52,148 nucleotides of DNA, taken from Parcubacteria group bacterium GW2011_GWA1_40_21. Lineage in GTDB: Bacteria > Patescibacteriota > Minisyncoccia > Phycocordibacterales > GWA1-40-21. The stretch covers positions 1-52,148 of the forward strand of contig LBYO01000002.1 of NCBI GenBank assembly GCA_000996205.1. Direction: 5' to 3'. Numbering within the stretch: the first letter of the stretch is position 1; the number at the start of each line of letters is the position of its first letter. The notes below the pieces were generated by a model that was not told the origin of the DNA, ran no database searches, and worked only from the letters and a program-made list of their open reading frames with translations. Both the position numbers and the translations under genes were made by a program. Below, piece after piece: positions 51,268 to 52,148 of the stretch.

Positions 51268-52148
51268 GACACTTTTTATACTTCTTCCCGCTGCCGCAGA
51301 CGCACGGGTCGTTTCTTCCGATTTTGTCGCCTTCTTCATTTGTAGGAGATTTTAAGGCGGAGTTTTTGGGATTGGAATTATTATCCGCCTTATTTTCTCC
51401 TCCTCCGACTAAAGTAACATTCTTCTCCATCTCTTTGAGCTTCTCTTCTTCCTTGAGAAACATTCCTGCGCCGATGTGAGGGACAAGCCTAGCGATTTCT
51501 TCTCTTATGGCGAATTCCATTTCTTTGAAAAGCCGCAGGCCCTCTTTCTTGTATTCTACGAGAGGATCGCGCTGGCCGTAGGCCCTAAGATTAACGCTTG
51601 ACCTTGTGTAATCCATCATCTCAAGATGCTCCACCCAGAACATATCAATAGCTTGAAGAAGTAATCTCCTCAAAGCCGAGTAAAATTCGTCTTCGCCGAG
51701 CAAAGCTTTTTTATCGTCAAGAATTTTTCTTATCTCATCATCCTCAAACATCTCAGCAAGTTTTTCTTCAATATCTTTTCTTACTCCCAAAAGTATTTTC
51801 CTTCTTCTTTCATAAACGATTTTTCTCTGATGGTTCAAAATATCGTCGTATTCAAGCACATGCTTTCTGGCGTCAAAATTGAAGCCTTCTATTTTTTCCT
51901 GCGCTTTTTCAAGCGAGCGAGTAATGAGATAATTCTGAATCGGCTCATCTTCCGCGATGCCGAATCTGCCCATCATCTTTTTTATCATCTCGCTCGCGAA
52001 CACGCGCATTAAGGTGTCTTCTAGTGATACATAGAATTGCGTCTCGCCCGGGTCGCCTTGTCTGCCGGCGCGACCTCGAAGCTGGTTATCTATGCGCCTC
52101 GCTTCGTGTCTTTCCGTTCCTATGACGACAAGACCGCCGAGTCCTTTC
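51257..52148 (-). CDS. secA: preprotein translocase ATPase SecA, C-terminal part (gene continues past the right edge)
   Basis: The frame is open to the window edge. It reads GGLVVIGTERHEARRIDNQLRGRAGRQGDPGETQFYVSLEDTLMRVF and has the C-terminal zinc motif CVCGSGKKYKKCHG. Confidence 0.95.
   Translation of the reverse strand, partial: KGLGGLVVIGTERHEARRIDNQLRGRAGRQGDPGETQFYVSLEDTLMRVFASEMIKKMMGRFGIAEDEPIQNYLITRSLEKAQEKIEGFNFDARKHVLEYDDILNHQRKIVYERRRKILLGVRKDIEEKLAEMFEDDEIRKILDDKKALLGEDEFYSALRRLLLQAIDMFWVEHLEMMDYTRSSVNLRAYGQRDPLVEYKKEGLRLFKEMEFAIREEIARLVPHIGAGMFLKEEEKLKEMEKNVTLVGGGENKADNNSNPKNSALKSPTNEEGDKIGRNDPCVCGSGKKYKKCHGR

Noticed and set aside
1-52148. Alternative genetic code (UGA recoded, as in SR1/Gracilibacteria or Mollicutes)
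   Set aside because: All long conserved genes (rpoB, rpoC, secA, smc, rnr) are uninterrupted under the standard code, and several genes terminate at TGA where the homology ends.

Overview
AT-rich, gene-dense bacterial chromosomal segment with about 85% of genes on the minus strand. It uses the standard genetic code, since long ORFs are not interrupted by TGA. The housekeeping backbone comprises pheS (5' part, cut by the left edge), a class I DAHP synthase, two divergent hisS paralogues, truB, a ZIP transporter, a DsbA-like oxidoreductase, a UvrD-type helicase fused to a Cas4-like nuclease, rpoB-rpoC-dnaG-rpoD in one co-directional block, rpsP, rnr, an aminotransferase, an unusually short smc, trmD, a KH-domain protein and secA (3' part, cut by the right edge). 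Small proteins, many genes without a Shine-Dalgarno sequence and the repeat content suggest a small-genome uncultivated lineage (CPR/Patescibacteria-like), but that is inference only. Four things stand out. (1) A promoter- and terminator-bounded ~325-nt non-coding locus (42301-42660, minus strand) carries a near-canonical copy of the 23S rRNA L1-stalk (H76-78) next to a tRNA-like T-arm/acceptor module. It lies far from any rRNA operon and directly downstream of a RelB/RelE + GNAT operon. (2) A tight minus-strand operon (7479-13104) encodes a PaaK-like ligase, a ThiF/E1-like enzyme, an HExxH protein, a double nitroreductase-fold protein and a methyltransferase-like protein, followed by a histidine kinase. 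(3) A 3.4-kb hisS-GNAT-M20 peptidase cassette is bracketed by ~92% identical direct repeats of the kinase gene's 3' end. (4) At least six families of intergenic palindromic or hairpin repeats are present; one is a ~110-nt hairpin whose two copies differ by three compensatory base-pair changes. ORF-track starts that use TTG/GTG were trimmed to the nearest plausible ATG where noted. All family assignments come from motif reading, not database searches.
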